Shown: piece after piece, positions 1 to 8,125 of the stretch | Layout: each line of letters begins with the position of its first letter | How positions within the stretch are numbered: position 1 is the first letter of the stretch | Source: an uncultured virus (IMG/VR IMGVR_UViG_3300030099_002957) | Taxonomy: Duplodnaviria > Heunggongvirae > Uroviricota > Caudoviricetes | Length of the DNA: 64,000 nucleotides | Reading direction: 5' to 3' (one strand) | IMG/VR virus record: IMGVR_UViG_3300030099_002957 | The notes under the pieces: generated by a model | Seen by the model: only the letters and a program-made list of their open reading frames with translations | Database searches by the model: none | Told to the model about the DNA's origin: nothing | Made by a program: the position numbers and the translations under genes

Positions 1-81
1 GTGGTACACACACTAACGAACAGTGTAATATACCACCCCACCCATAGATTAGTAACAATATTGTTACAATCCCCACCTATA

Positions 82-109
82 TAAAAAAAAGAAGAAGTCC
101 TTAGACTTC
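82..109 (-). terminator. Intrinsic terminator for the minus-strand ORF 101..301
   Basis: GAAGTC (94-99)/GACTTC (104-109) inverted repeat with a 4-nt loop overlapping the stop codon, followed on the minus strand by TTCTTTTTTTT. Confidence 0.6.
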
Positions 110-301
110 AACTTTTAGTGGTTTACCATTATTGATTTCGTCCCACCTGTCGAAGGCAGATTCAAGACTGGTGTACACAACTTTTTCTTTGGTGTGAGTA
201 TCAGTTTTGGAATCAAAGGATTCTTCCGTGATTCCTACTCTACATGGTGTTCCGTTCTTGTCCACTTTAGTGTCAAGAACTTTTACTACTGTTAGTATCA
301 T
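101..301 (-). CDS. Small hypothetical protein (66 aa), divergent from the structural operon
   Basis: ATG start with AT-rich leader, natural amino-acid composition, terminator at its stop; the only credible minus-strand gene in the window. Confidence 0.6.
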   Translation of the reverse strand: MILTVVKVLDTKVDKNGTPCRVGITEESFDSKTDTHTKEKVVYTSLESAFDRWDEINNGKPLKVEV

Positions 302-461
302 AATTAAAAGTATTTTAGTTAGGATAGTTAATATTATTTGTGGGGGGTACCCTAAACCCCCAACACTAGCCGGGGTGTCTGTACAAGGAGGACCGTACGC
401 TCACAGATCTACCTCAAAAAAATTTTTTATATTTTATTTTTTTATTCCATTTATTTTATTT

Positions 462-469
462 TATCTTTG
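462..469 (+). promoter_or_regulatory. Bacteroidota-type sigma-A -7 element (TAtcTTTG)
   Basis: Matches the TAnnTTTG consensus after a T-rich tract; no ORF follows for ~320 nt. Confidence 0.55.
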
Positions 470-477
470 CACCGCAA

Positions 478-715
478 CAATATTCATCCCTCGGTAACCA
501 AAAAAGGGAAAAGACATCGGATTGTAGGGCTAAATAAGTCTAGAGTTTTCTCCGGTAGTTGCAAAAGAACAAGTGTATAAGTTCTAGTTGGGGTAAATTA
601 CACATAGGTAAGTGTGATGAATTAACATCAGTTTTATTATCCCTGGGTCTCTGTAAAAAGAAGCACTGCTAGAGTGAAATCCAAGTTTGAAAGAGAAATC
701 CTAAGGGGGATAACT
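478..715 (+). ncRNA. Candidate structured non-coding RNA of unknown family
   Basis: Downstream of a promoter with no ORF; closing stem ATCCCTC 486-492/GGGGGAT 705-711; internal stems AGAAC/GTTCT, GGGGTAA/TTATCCC, CACAT/GTGTG, TGATG/CATCA, CACT/AGTG. Confidence 0.4.
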
Positions 716-743
716 ATATCCTAATCAAAAATACTGTAAAACA

Positions 744-776
744 TTTGGAAGTATAAAAAAATTGTTTATATATTTG
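744..776 (+). promoter_or_regulatory. Bacteroidota sigma-A promoter (-33 TTTG / -7 TAtaTTTG) upstream of groES
   Basis: TTTG at 744-747 and TATATTTG at 769-776, 21-nt spacer; ends 17 nt before the ATG at 794. Confidence 0.7.
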
Positions 777-793
777 CACAAAAATATATAGAT

Positions 794-1057
794 ATGAAAT
801 TTATACCAAACGGATCGTGGGTTGTCCTACCTGACCCAAGTAAAAAGAAAACAGATTCTGGAATTATCTTAGATGATAAGACTGCCAGAAAACAATCAAC
901 TAACATTTTAGAGGTATTGGCTGTAGGCCCACACTGTACTTTTGTAAAAAAAGGTGATACTGTTATGGTTGATCCTAGAACAGAAGCTGTAATTGCAAAT
1001 ATAGAAGACACGCAATACTTATTAGTTGGAGAACATCAATTATTAGGTAAGTGGTAA
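794..1057 (+). CDS. groES: Co-chaperonin GroES (Cpn10)-like
   Basis: KFIPNGSWVVL..KKTDSGIIL..EVLAVGP..VKKGDTV..YLLVGEHQLLG follows the Cpn10 pattern. Confidence 0.85.
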   Translation: MKFIPNGSWVVLPDPSKKKTDSGIILDDKTARKQSTNILEVLAVGPHCTFVKKGDTVMVDPRTEAVIANIEDTQYLLVGEHQLLGKW

Positions 1058-1293
1058 AAGGATCTGTTACAATAGACTTAAAAGATTACCACGCTTTACT
1101 AGAATCAGCAGAAAAAACGATAGAAGTAAAAGAAAAGTTTTTTACAGCCGGTAAAGAACTGCAGGTTTTTTTGTCTTTTTTAACGTCTAGAGTAGATATA
1201 GAGAAATATGTAGAGGAATTTAACAGACAATCTAAAACATCTAGAATAGTCTTTGAAGGTACAACAGCAAAAATAGAATTAAAAGATGAATAA
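1051..1293 (+). CDS. Hypothetical protein (80 aa)
   Basis: GTG start overlapping the groES end; tightly packed operon. Confidence 0.7.
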   Translation: MVKGSVTIDLKDYHALLESAEKTIEVKEKFFTAGKELQVFLSFLTSRVDIEKYVEEFNRQSKTSRIVFEGTTAKIELKDE

Positions 1294-1618
1294 AAGAAAA
1301 ATAACAGTTAATATAGATAGTACCTATAAATATTTGCAATTATGGAATGGCATTTTTAATTTAACAGATAAAGAGCTTTCTATTTTAGCATCTTTTATAG
1401 ATACTAATATAATTAAAGAGGATATTAACATATGTAGTGTATCTAATAAAAAATCTGTAGCTAAAATAATGGGAATAAAAGATTATAATACTTTAAATAA
1501 CTATGTAAAAAAATTTAAAGATAAAGGAGCGATAATACTATCAAATAATACTTATAAACTTAATCCTTTTTTAAATCCAGATACAGATTCAGTAGAAATA
1601 ACAATATCAAGAGGATAA
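1286..1618 (+). CDS. Putative winged-HTH DNA-binding protein
   Basis: LTDKELSIL..KKSVAKIMGI..TLNNYVKKFKDKGAI..YKLNP resembles wHTH proteins. Confidence 0.6.
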   Translation: MNKRKITVNIDSTYKYLQLWNGIFNLTDKELSILASFIDTNIIKEDINICSVSNKKSVAKIMGIKDYNTLNNYVKKFKDKGAIILSNNTYKLNPFLNPDTDSVEITISRG

Positions 1619-1782
1619 TGTTTAGCTTACTAGTAGTTAGTTATTATAATATAGATATATATGAAATTTTAATTATACAATCACCTAGTGGAGATTTATT
1701 ATCAATAAAAATAGAAGAATATGAGCCAGAACAACGAGCAAAAGCCCCCGAGCATTTTCAAAATGATGAAAACGTTCACTAA
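1618..1782 (+). CDS. Small hypothetical protein (54 aa), not in the ORF track
   Basis: TAATG coupling with the upstream stop; MFSLLVVSYYNIDIYEILIIQSPSGDLLSIKIEEYE...; overlaps the next ORF by ~60 nt. Confidence 0.4.
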   Translation: MFSLLVVSYYNIDIYEILIIQSPSGDLLSIKIEEYEPEQRAKAPEHFQNDENVH

Positions 1783-2017
1783 TGAGTTAGCAAATTGGAT
1801 AAAAGAGGGGGCACCAAATGTAACACCAGAGTCTTATGCAAAAAGATTAGATATATGTAACGAATGTGAACACATAAATAAAGTATCAATGAGATGTATG
1901 GCTTGTGGTTGTTTATTAGAGCATAAGGCAAAGTGGAGAACTACAGATTGCCCAAAAAAGAAATGGCCTAAAGAATATACAGACGATTTACCTAAGCCAG
2001 GAGATGAGCAGGAATAA
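1721..2017 (+). CDS. Cys-rich putative metal-binding protein (DUF6171-like)
   Basis: RLDICNECEH..RCMACGCLL..K..CPKKKW motif typical of a common phage family. Confidence 0.7.
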   Translation: MSQNNEQKPPSIFKMMKTFTNELANWIKEGAPNVTPESYAKRLDICNECEHINKVSMRCMACGCLLEHKAKWRTTDCPKKKWPKEYTDDLPKPGDEQE

Positions 2018-2228
2018 AAAATTAATTATATACTATTTGGCAAATAAATATAATTTATCATTAAGCAAAATAGAAAAAATAGTTAACCATCAATTTAAAT
2101 ATGTAGAGAAGATAATGAAAGAAGGTAAATTTGAAAGTATTCGTTTACCATATTTTGGTAAATTTTCTGTAAAACAAAGTAGATTAAAGCATATAAATAA
2201 AAACAAAAATGATAAGGATAAGATTTAG
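2004..2228 (+). CDS. HU/IHF-like DNA-binding protein
   Basis: LANKYNLS..IEKIV..SIRLPYFGKFSVK resembles the HU/IHF core; such genes are typical of crAss-like structural modules. Confidence 0.7.
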   Translation: MSRNKKLIIYYLANKYNLSLSKIEKIVNHQFKYVEKIMKEGKFESIRLPYFGKFSVKQSRLKHINKNKNDKDKI

Positions 2229-2691
2229 AGCTTGGATAATACACAAACTAGTAAAACTAATATATTGGTTTGGAGGTTTTGTAGCTCTAGAACCTTTAGT
2301 GTTTTTTAGACCTGCTTATATAAAAATAAAAGATTTAGAGTCTTATAAAAAAATTATAAGAAAATATTGTGGTAATTCAAATAGATATAAGTGGGATTTA
2401 CTAAAAAATAGTATTAAGGAAGAAGGTTTAAAAAACAACTTATCTGTATATTATACTTATCATGATACTAGTACTAAAATGTATGAACTTGTTGATGGTC
2501 ATCACAGAGTTGCAATATTAAGAGAGTTATATGGTGACGATTATAAGATTAAAGTAAATTTATATGTACCAGATCCATTTGATGCTTATTACAAATATAA
2601 TTTACTAAATAGATATGGAGGAAAAATGTCTGACAAAGAATTAAATGATGTAACATATAAAATAAAAAAACAATTTAACAGTGAAAGATGA
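2209..2691 (+). CDS. ParB/Srx-like N-terminal domain protein
   Basis: LKNSIKEEGLKNNL..YELVDGHHRVAIL motif. Confidence 0.7.
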   Translation: MIRIRFRAWIIHKLVKLIYWFGGFVALEPLVFFRPAYIKIKDLESYKKIIRKYCGNSNRYKWDLLKNSIKEEGLKNNLSVYYTYHDTSTKMYELVDGHHRVAILRELYGDDYKIKVNLYVPDPFDAYYKYNLLNRYGGKMSDKELNDVTYKIKKQFNSER

Positions 2692-3196
2692 TTTAATATA
2701 TATAAATGATGGTGTTGCAATGCCAAGTTCTTACGCTTTAACTATTTTAGAGTTTAAAGATTTATCAGCTACTGAATTAGCTTTTGTATACTTCATGGTA
2801 GACCATAGATCACCTTTTTCAATATATGACTGGGACCAACGTATTAGTGAAGTAAAAAATAGTATCTTTGGTGACAAGAAAAAATGGAAACCTTCTGCAA
2901 AAGTGCTTGCAGCTTGTGATAAATATGATAAATTAATAGAAACATCTTCTGTAAGATTGTTAAAAGCAGCTAGAACTTCTATTGTTAAGTTAGAAAAGTA
3001 TTTTAAGGATATAGATTTACATTTAATGGATGACAATGGTAGACCTATATTTCATGCAAAAGATTTAATAGCTAACTTATCTAATATGGGTAAAGTTGTA
3101 GACGGATTAACAAAACTTGAGGAGATAGTTAAGAAGCAGGAGCAAGCTGCTAATACAAACAGAGGTGGAATAGAAGTTAATAAATATAGTATGTAA
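2681..3196 (+). CDS. Crass-like conserved protein upstream of terminase (possible small terminase subunit)
   Basis: Helical 171-aa protein ending ..RGG..; TerS role inferred from position only. Confidence 0.6.
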   Translation: MKDDLIYINDGVAMPSSYALTILEFKDLSATELAFVYFMVDHRSPFSIYDWDQRISEVKNSIFGDKKKWKPSAKVLAACDKYDKLIETSSVRLLKAARTSIVKLEKYFKDIDLHLMDDNGRPIFHAKDLIANLSNMGKVVDGLTKLEEIVKKQEQAANTNRGGIEVNKYSM

Positions 3197-3495
3197 TGGA
3201 TTTTTTAGAAGACATGGAACTCTATGAAGAGGCAATGAAAAACGCTTATCAAATTATAACTAAAAAGAAAACTTTAGATGACATTTACTATGATCTAGAA
3301 GAAGGAAAAATAAATAGATTACCACTACCTTTTGACCCTCTTAGTGAGGATGGTAGAAGTGAAGATGTAATAGATGTTGTTATAGAGTATTTTACTAGTA
3401 TAGAAGAATACGAAAAATGTGCAGAGTTAGTTAAAATTAAAAATAAATGTTTAAAAACACCGATAGAGTCAGAAGATCAGCAATATCTTTTATAG
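3196..3495 (+). CDS. Acidic hypothetical protein with a UVR-like motif
   Basis: IEYFTSIEEYEKCAELVKIK; TAATG-coupled start. Confidence 0.6.
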   Translation: MDFLEDMELYEEAMKNAYQIITKKKTLDDIYYDLEEGKINRLPLPFDPLSEDGRSEDVIDVVIEYFTSIEEYEKCAELVKIKNKCLKTPIESEDQQYLL

Positions 3496-5411
3496 ATAAT
3501 GGTTATTATACAGCTGCTTTACCTGGAACTAAAGATTATTATGATTTTTGGGACGAGGAAAGAAACAGATGTTTGTATGGATACACAGATGGTGATATAA
3601 GTGTTACAGGATTTCATTATTTTTACCTAAACTATTGTCCTATTGACAGAGCGGTAGATGAAATAATGCCAGATGGTACTGTACAGTCTAAACGTGAGCG
3701 TACATTCCCTAGATTTTACGATGGTGACTGGGAATATTTCCAAGAGATAGATAAAGCAAGAGCACAGAACAAACATATGATTGTTTTGAAAGCAAGGCGT
3801 AAAGGATATTCTTATAAAGCTGGATCTATGCTTGCACGTAACTATTTTTTTGTACGTAATTCTAAAAACTTTGTATTTGCATCACAAAAAGAATATTTAA
3901 TTGGTGATGGATTACTTTCTAAAGCGTGGGAGTTTTTATCTTTTATAGATGACCATACTGCATGGGCACAACCAAGATTGAGAGATAGAGAAATGACTAA
4001 AATGGCTGGATATAAAAAGAAAGTAAATGGTATAGAGATAGAAATGGGTATGAAGTCACAAATTATGGGGGTATCACTAAAAGATAACCCAGATAAGGTA
4101 AGGGGTAAGGCAGGTGAGCTAGTATTCTTTGAAGAAGCCGGATCATTTCCTGGATTATTAAAAGCATGGGAGGTGACTATGCCAACAATGCGTCAAGGAG
4201 CAAAAACATTAGGATTAATGATTGCATTTGGTACAGGTGGTACAGAAGGCGCAGATTTTGAGGCTATGGAAGAGATATTTTACAACCCAGAAGCATATGA
4301 TTGTATGAACTATGATAATATATGGGATGAAGGAGCAATGGGTAGTCAATGTGGATATTTTATACCTATACAAAAAAATTTAGATGGATTTATAGATGAT
4401 GAAGGTAATTCTTTAGCAAATAAAGCTATAGAATATGAAAAAGAAATGAGGGAAAAGAAGAAAGGTGCTGCAGATGCAAAATCATTAGACCAATATATAG
4501 CTGAGCACCCTTTTTCTCCTCAAGAAGCTACATTACAAGTAACAGCTAATTTATTTGATGTAGCATCTTTACAAGAACAGTATAATAACATAAAAGCAAA
4601 TAATTTACACTCTGTAGGTACAGTTGGTAGATTATATTATGCATCTGACAATCAAATTAAATTTAAACCAGACGGAGATCTAAAACAAATACTAAAATTT
4701 CCACATAGAAAAGATGATAATACTACAGGAGCTGTTGTTATATATGAATCACCGTATAAAAATCAGAAACAACAAGTTCCTTTAAATATGTATGTAATAT
4801 GTCATGACCCTTATGGTCAAAATCAGTCTGCAGATAGCTCATCTTTAGGAGCGGCGTATGTATTAAAAAGACCAAACAATATTTCTCATCCTGATGATAT
4901 TATTGTAGCATCTTATGTAGGTAGACCAAAAACACAAGATGAATATAATAGAAATTTGTTTATGTTAGCAGATTATTATGGGTGTAAGATAGGATTTGAG
5001 AACGATCGAGGTGAAGTAATAGCTTATGCAAAAAGACATAGAAAGTTACATAAACTACAGGAAGAATTTGAGATGTTAGATAAAAAAGAATTGAGAAGTA
5101 GAAATGTAAAACGTCAATATGGTATGCATATGACAGAAGCAAGGAAAAGGCAAGGTGAGATATATATAAGAGATTGGTTAAATACTGTAAGAAGAACTGA
5201 TGAGAATGGAAATAAATTATTAAACTTGCATAAGATATATGATCCTGCATTATTAACAGAGTTAATTAAATTTAATCATGCTGGTAACTTTGACCGGGTA
5301 ATGGCGTTAATGATTGGTATGTATCACACTAGAGAATTGTATAATGCAGAAGTAAAAGAAATACTAGAAGATAGGTCAGCCGATAAATGGTTTGATCAAA
5401 ATTATTATTAA
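3447..5411 (+). CDS. terL: Terminase large subunit
   Basis: Walker A-like KARRKGYSYK, Walker B FFEEAG, GTGG coupling motif, RNase H-like nuclease (CHDPY..GFEN..NFDRVMA), crAss-type. Confidence 0.95.
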   Translation: MFKNTDRVRRSAISFIDNGYYTAALPGTKDYYDFWDEERNRCLYGYTDGDISVTGFHYFYLNYCPIDRAVDEIMPDGTVQSKRERTFPRFYDGDWEYFQEIDKARAQNKHMIVLKARRKGYSYKAGSMLARNYFFVRNSKNFVFASQKEYLIGDGLLSKAWEFLSFIDDHTAWAQPRLRDREMTKMAGYKKKVNGIEIEMGMKSQIMGVSLKDNPDKVRGKAGELVFFEEAGSFPGLLKAWEVTMPTMRQGAKTLGLMIAFGTGGTEGADFEAMEEIFYNPEAYDCMNYDNIWDEGAMGSQCGYFIPIQKNLDGFIDDEGNSLANKAIEYEKEMREKKKGAADAKSLDQYIAEHPFSPQEATLQVTANLFDVASLQEQYNNIKANNLHSVGTVGRLYYASDNQIKFKPDGDLKQILKFPHRKDDNTTGAVVIYESPYKNQKQQVPLNMYVICHDPYGQNQSADSSSLGAAYVLKRPNNISHPDDIIVASYVGRPKTQDEYNRNLFMLADYYGCKIGFENDRGEVIAYAKRHRKLHKLQEEFEMLDKKELRSRNVKRQYGMHMTEARKRQGEIYIRDWLNTVRRTDENGNKLLNLHKIYDPALLTELIKFNHAGNFDRVMALMIGMYHTRELYNAEVKEILEDRSADKWFDQNYY

Positions 5412-5412
5412 T

Positions 5413-5748
5413 ATGAATAAATGTAAAAAGAAAAAACCTTATAACCCTCTACCAGAATACTTAATGATAGGTCCATCAAACATACACGGGGCGGGAATCC
5501 TAGCTAAAGAAGATATTCCGGGAGAGGTAGTTATAGGTATAAGTCATGTGTACGACCCAAATTTTCAACATGATTATATACGTACACCTCTAGGTGGTTT
5601 TATAAACCATTCTGATAAACCTAACTGTGAGTTAATAGATGATGATGAAAATACGGATTATAAAAAATTAAAAACCATAAAAAAAATAGAAACAGGAGAA
5701 GAATTAACTTTAAAGTATGGTTTATATGATATATGTAACTACTTGTAG
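5413..5748 (+). CDS. SET-domain protein (putative lysine methyltransferase)
   Basis: SNIHGAGILAKEDIPGE, GGFINHSDKPNC and IETGEELTLKYG match SET motifs; ATG at 5413 follows the terL stop. Confidence 0.88.
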   Translation: MNKCKKKKPYNPLPEYLMIGPSNIHGAGILAKEDIPGEVVIGISHVYDPNFQHDYIRTPLGGFINHSDKPNCELIDDDENTDYKKLKTIKKIETGEELTLKYGLYDICNYL

Positions 5749-5825
5749 TGTTATATATATAATAAAAGGTTTAAAATATTTAGTAGTGTAAAAAATCAAC
5801 AAAATATAACTAATTTTGTAAACTA
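5747..5825 (+). promoter_or_regulatory. Putative late promoter, copy 1 (portal)
   Basis: AGTGTTATATA (5747-5757) plus ACTAATTTTGTAAACTA (5809-5825) containing TAatTTTG; repeated upstream of the scaffold gene. Confidence 0.65.
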
Positions 5826-8125
5826 TGGGATACGATAAAATACCTAGGCAGAAACTGCCTATGAGCAAAAAAACAAAAAAGTGGAGAGAGTCTTGTGTAG
5901 AAGCATACATAGAGCTTTCTAATTCAGGTAGAAGTTCTGGAAGTAATAGAAAAGAATCTCTACAACAACTATATGAATACTATAACGGTGTAATTGACGA
6001 GGCGGATTATAAATACGTGCTAAAACCATACGGTAAAAGCCGTAGTAACTTCCCTTCTGAAATGCGTAATTATCCCATAATTAAACCTATCGTTGATCTT
6101 TTGTTAGGTGAGAAATCCAAAAGACCTCTCAATTTCACTGTTACAGTACAAAATGCAGACACAGTTTCTACTAAGGAACAGGCTTTAAAAGATTTGATAT
6201 ATCAAAACTTTCAAAAACAATTTGCAAATGAATTGATAAAAACAGGCAAGTTTCAAGGAGAGCTAAACGAGGTGCAACTGCCTAAACATATACAAGAACA
6301 ATTTGAAGCATCCTATGTAGACAATAGAGCAATTAAAGGACAACAAGCTTTAGATTATATTATGCATAGTCAAGAACTACATGATAAATTTCAAAAAGCA
6401 TGGTTTCATTTTTTAGTTTCTGGAGAATGTTATACACATAGAGGTGTAAGAAATAATGAACCGTTTTATGAAGTATTAAACCCACTTGACGTAGACTATG
6501 ACCTTGACCCAGATTTAGATTTTGTAGAAGATGGTGATTGGGCTATTGTTAGAAAATATGTACACGCATCTAGTGTAATAGATTCTTATTATGATTATTT
6601 AACTGAACAACAAATACTAGAATTAGAAGAGCCAAGACATTCTGAGTCTGACTCATATTTTTTATATACTAATTCTATGAATAAAGATCCAAATGCATAT
6701 AGAAATAGATTAATAGAAGTTGCACATGTATATTGGAAATCTAGAAAAAGAATTGGATTTTTATCTTTTAACGATCCTCAGACAGGAGCTATGGAAGAAA
6801 AAATAGTAGAAGATGGATTTAGAATGTCAGAAGATCTTAAGATGATAGGAGCTAAAATGGATTGGAGATGGGTAAACGAAGTTTGGGAAGGAACAAGAAT
6901 TGATGGTAGGATGTATGTTAAGATACACCCAGTAGTAAACCAAAGAAATGATATAGATAATAATTCTGTTTGTAAACTTCCTATTAATGGTATTAGATAT
7001 TCTAATATAAACTCTTCAAATATATCTTTAGTAAAATTAGGTATACCTTACCAGTTAAATTACAATATATATAAATATAGATTAGAGCTTGCAATAGCTA
7101 GAAGTAAAGATATTATTGCACAGTTTGATATAAATATGATTCCTAAAAAATGGGACATGGATAAGTTTATGTACTATGTAGAAGGAACAGGTATTGCTTG
7201 GGTAGACTACAATAAAGAAGGAATACAACTAAATCCACAACACCAATCTGTTATGGACATGTCTATAAAAACAATAGAACAATATATTGCTTTGTTAGAG
7301 TCTATAATGCAAGAATGGGAAAAATTATCTGGAGTAAATAGACAAAGACAAGGACAAGTAGGTAGTTATGAGGGTAAAGCAACATCACAACAGGCTATCG
7401 TACAATCATCACATATTACAGAAGACTTGTTCCGTAAATTTAACAGAATGGAACAAAGAGATTTACAAGGTTTGATTGACTATTCTAAAGAAGCTTGGTT
7501 AGGAGGAAAGAAAACTATGTACATGATGCCTGATGGTACAACAGATTTTTTAGATTTAAATAGTTTAACTCACATGGAGTCTAACTATGGTATATTTGTT
7601 TCTGACTCTGGTAAAGAGCAGGATAAACTAGAAGCAGTTAAAGCTTTATCACAATCTATGATACAAAACGGAGTTCCAGCATCTACTATTACAGAAATGT
7701 TTGATTCTTCTAGCTTTACACAAATAAAACATAAAATTAAATTAGCTGAGCAAGCACAAGAGAAATTAGCACAACAACAACAAGAAGCTCAACAACAAAT
7801 GGAGCAGGCTAAACTTGATCAACAAGCTAAAGAAGCTGACAATGATAATATGAACAAAGAGAAAGATAGAGAAACTCAAATCAAAGTCGCTATGATACAT
7901 GCTAGAGATAATGATACTAATGCTAAGTTAAATTTAGCAAAAGGTATGAGAGAGTTAGACATTAAAGACAGAGAAGTTGATATTAAAGCTAGAGAAGCTG
8001 AAGGAAAAGTACAAACAAATAGAGATAATGCAAATCTTAAAAGAGAAGAACAAAGATCTAAAGAAAAAATAGCTAGAGAAAAAAATAGAGCAGATATAAA
8101 TAAATCTAAATCTAAGGATAAATAA
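5825..8125 (+). CDS. Portal protein
   Basis: 766 aa after terL; crAss-type portal features (NYPIIKPIVDLLLGE, EVWEGTRI, SGVNRQRQGQ) and a Q/K-rich coiled-coil tail. Confidence 0.92.
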   Translation: MGYDKIPRQKLPMSKKTKKWRESCVEAYIELSNSGRSSGSNRKESLQQLYEYYNGVIDEADYKYVLKPYGKSRSNFPSEMRNYPIIKPIVDLLLGEKSKRPLNFTVTVQNADTVSTKEQALKDLIYQNFQKQFANELIKTGKFQGELNEVQLPKHIQEQFEASYVDNRAIKGQQALDYIMHSQELHDKFQKAWFHFLVSGECYTHRGVRNNEPFYEVLNPLDVDYDLDPDLDFVEDGDWAIVRKYVHASSVIDSYYDYLTEQQILELEEPRHSESDSYFLYTNSMNKDPNAYRNRLIEVAHVYWKSRKRIGFLSFNDPQTGAMEEKIVEDGFRMSEDLKMIGAKMDWRWVNEVWEGTRIDGRMYVKIHPVVNQRNDIDNNSVCKLPINGIRYSNINSSNISLVKLGIPYQLNYNIYKYRLELAIARSKDIIAQFDINMIPKKWDMDKFMYYVEGTGIAWVDYNKEGIQLNPQHQSVMDMSIKTIEQYIALLESIMQEWEKLSGVNRQRQGQVGSYEGKATSQQAIVQSSHITEDLFRKFNRMEQRDLQGLIDYSKEAWLGGKKTMYMMPDGTTDFLDLNSLTHMESNYGIFVSDSGKEQDKLEAVKALSQSMIQNGVPASTITEMFDSSSFTQIKHKIKLAEQAQEKLAQQQQEAQQQMEQAKLDQQAKEADNDNMNKEKDRETQIKVAMIHARDNDTNAKLNLAKGMRELDIKDREVDIKAREAEGKVQTNRDNANLKREEQRSKEKIAREKNRADINKSKSKDK

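Noticed and set aside
22..32. AGTGTAATATA, one mismatch from the late-promoter upstream box
   Set aside because: No TAnnTTTG element ~62 nt downstream; plausible chance match in AT-rich DNA
207..497. 96-aa + strand ORF in the track
   Set aside because: TTG start; overlaps the better-supported minus-strand gene, the GC island and a poly-T promoter tract; its hydrophobic tail is an artefact of T runs
478..715. tRNA, tmRNA or RNase P identity for the non-coding segment
   Set aside because: No TTCGA T-loop or CCA cloverleaf, no tmRNA termini, and only superficial resemblance to the RNase P GAGGAAAGUCC motif
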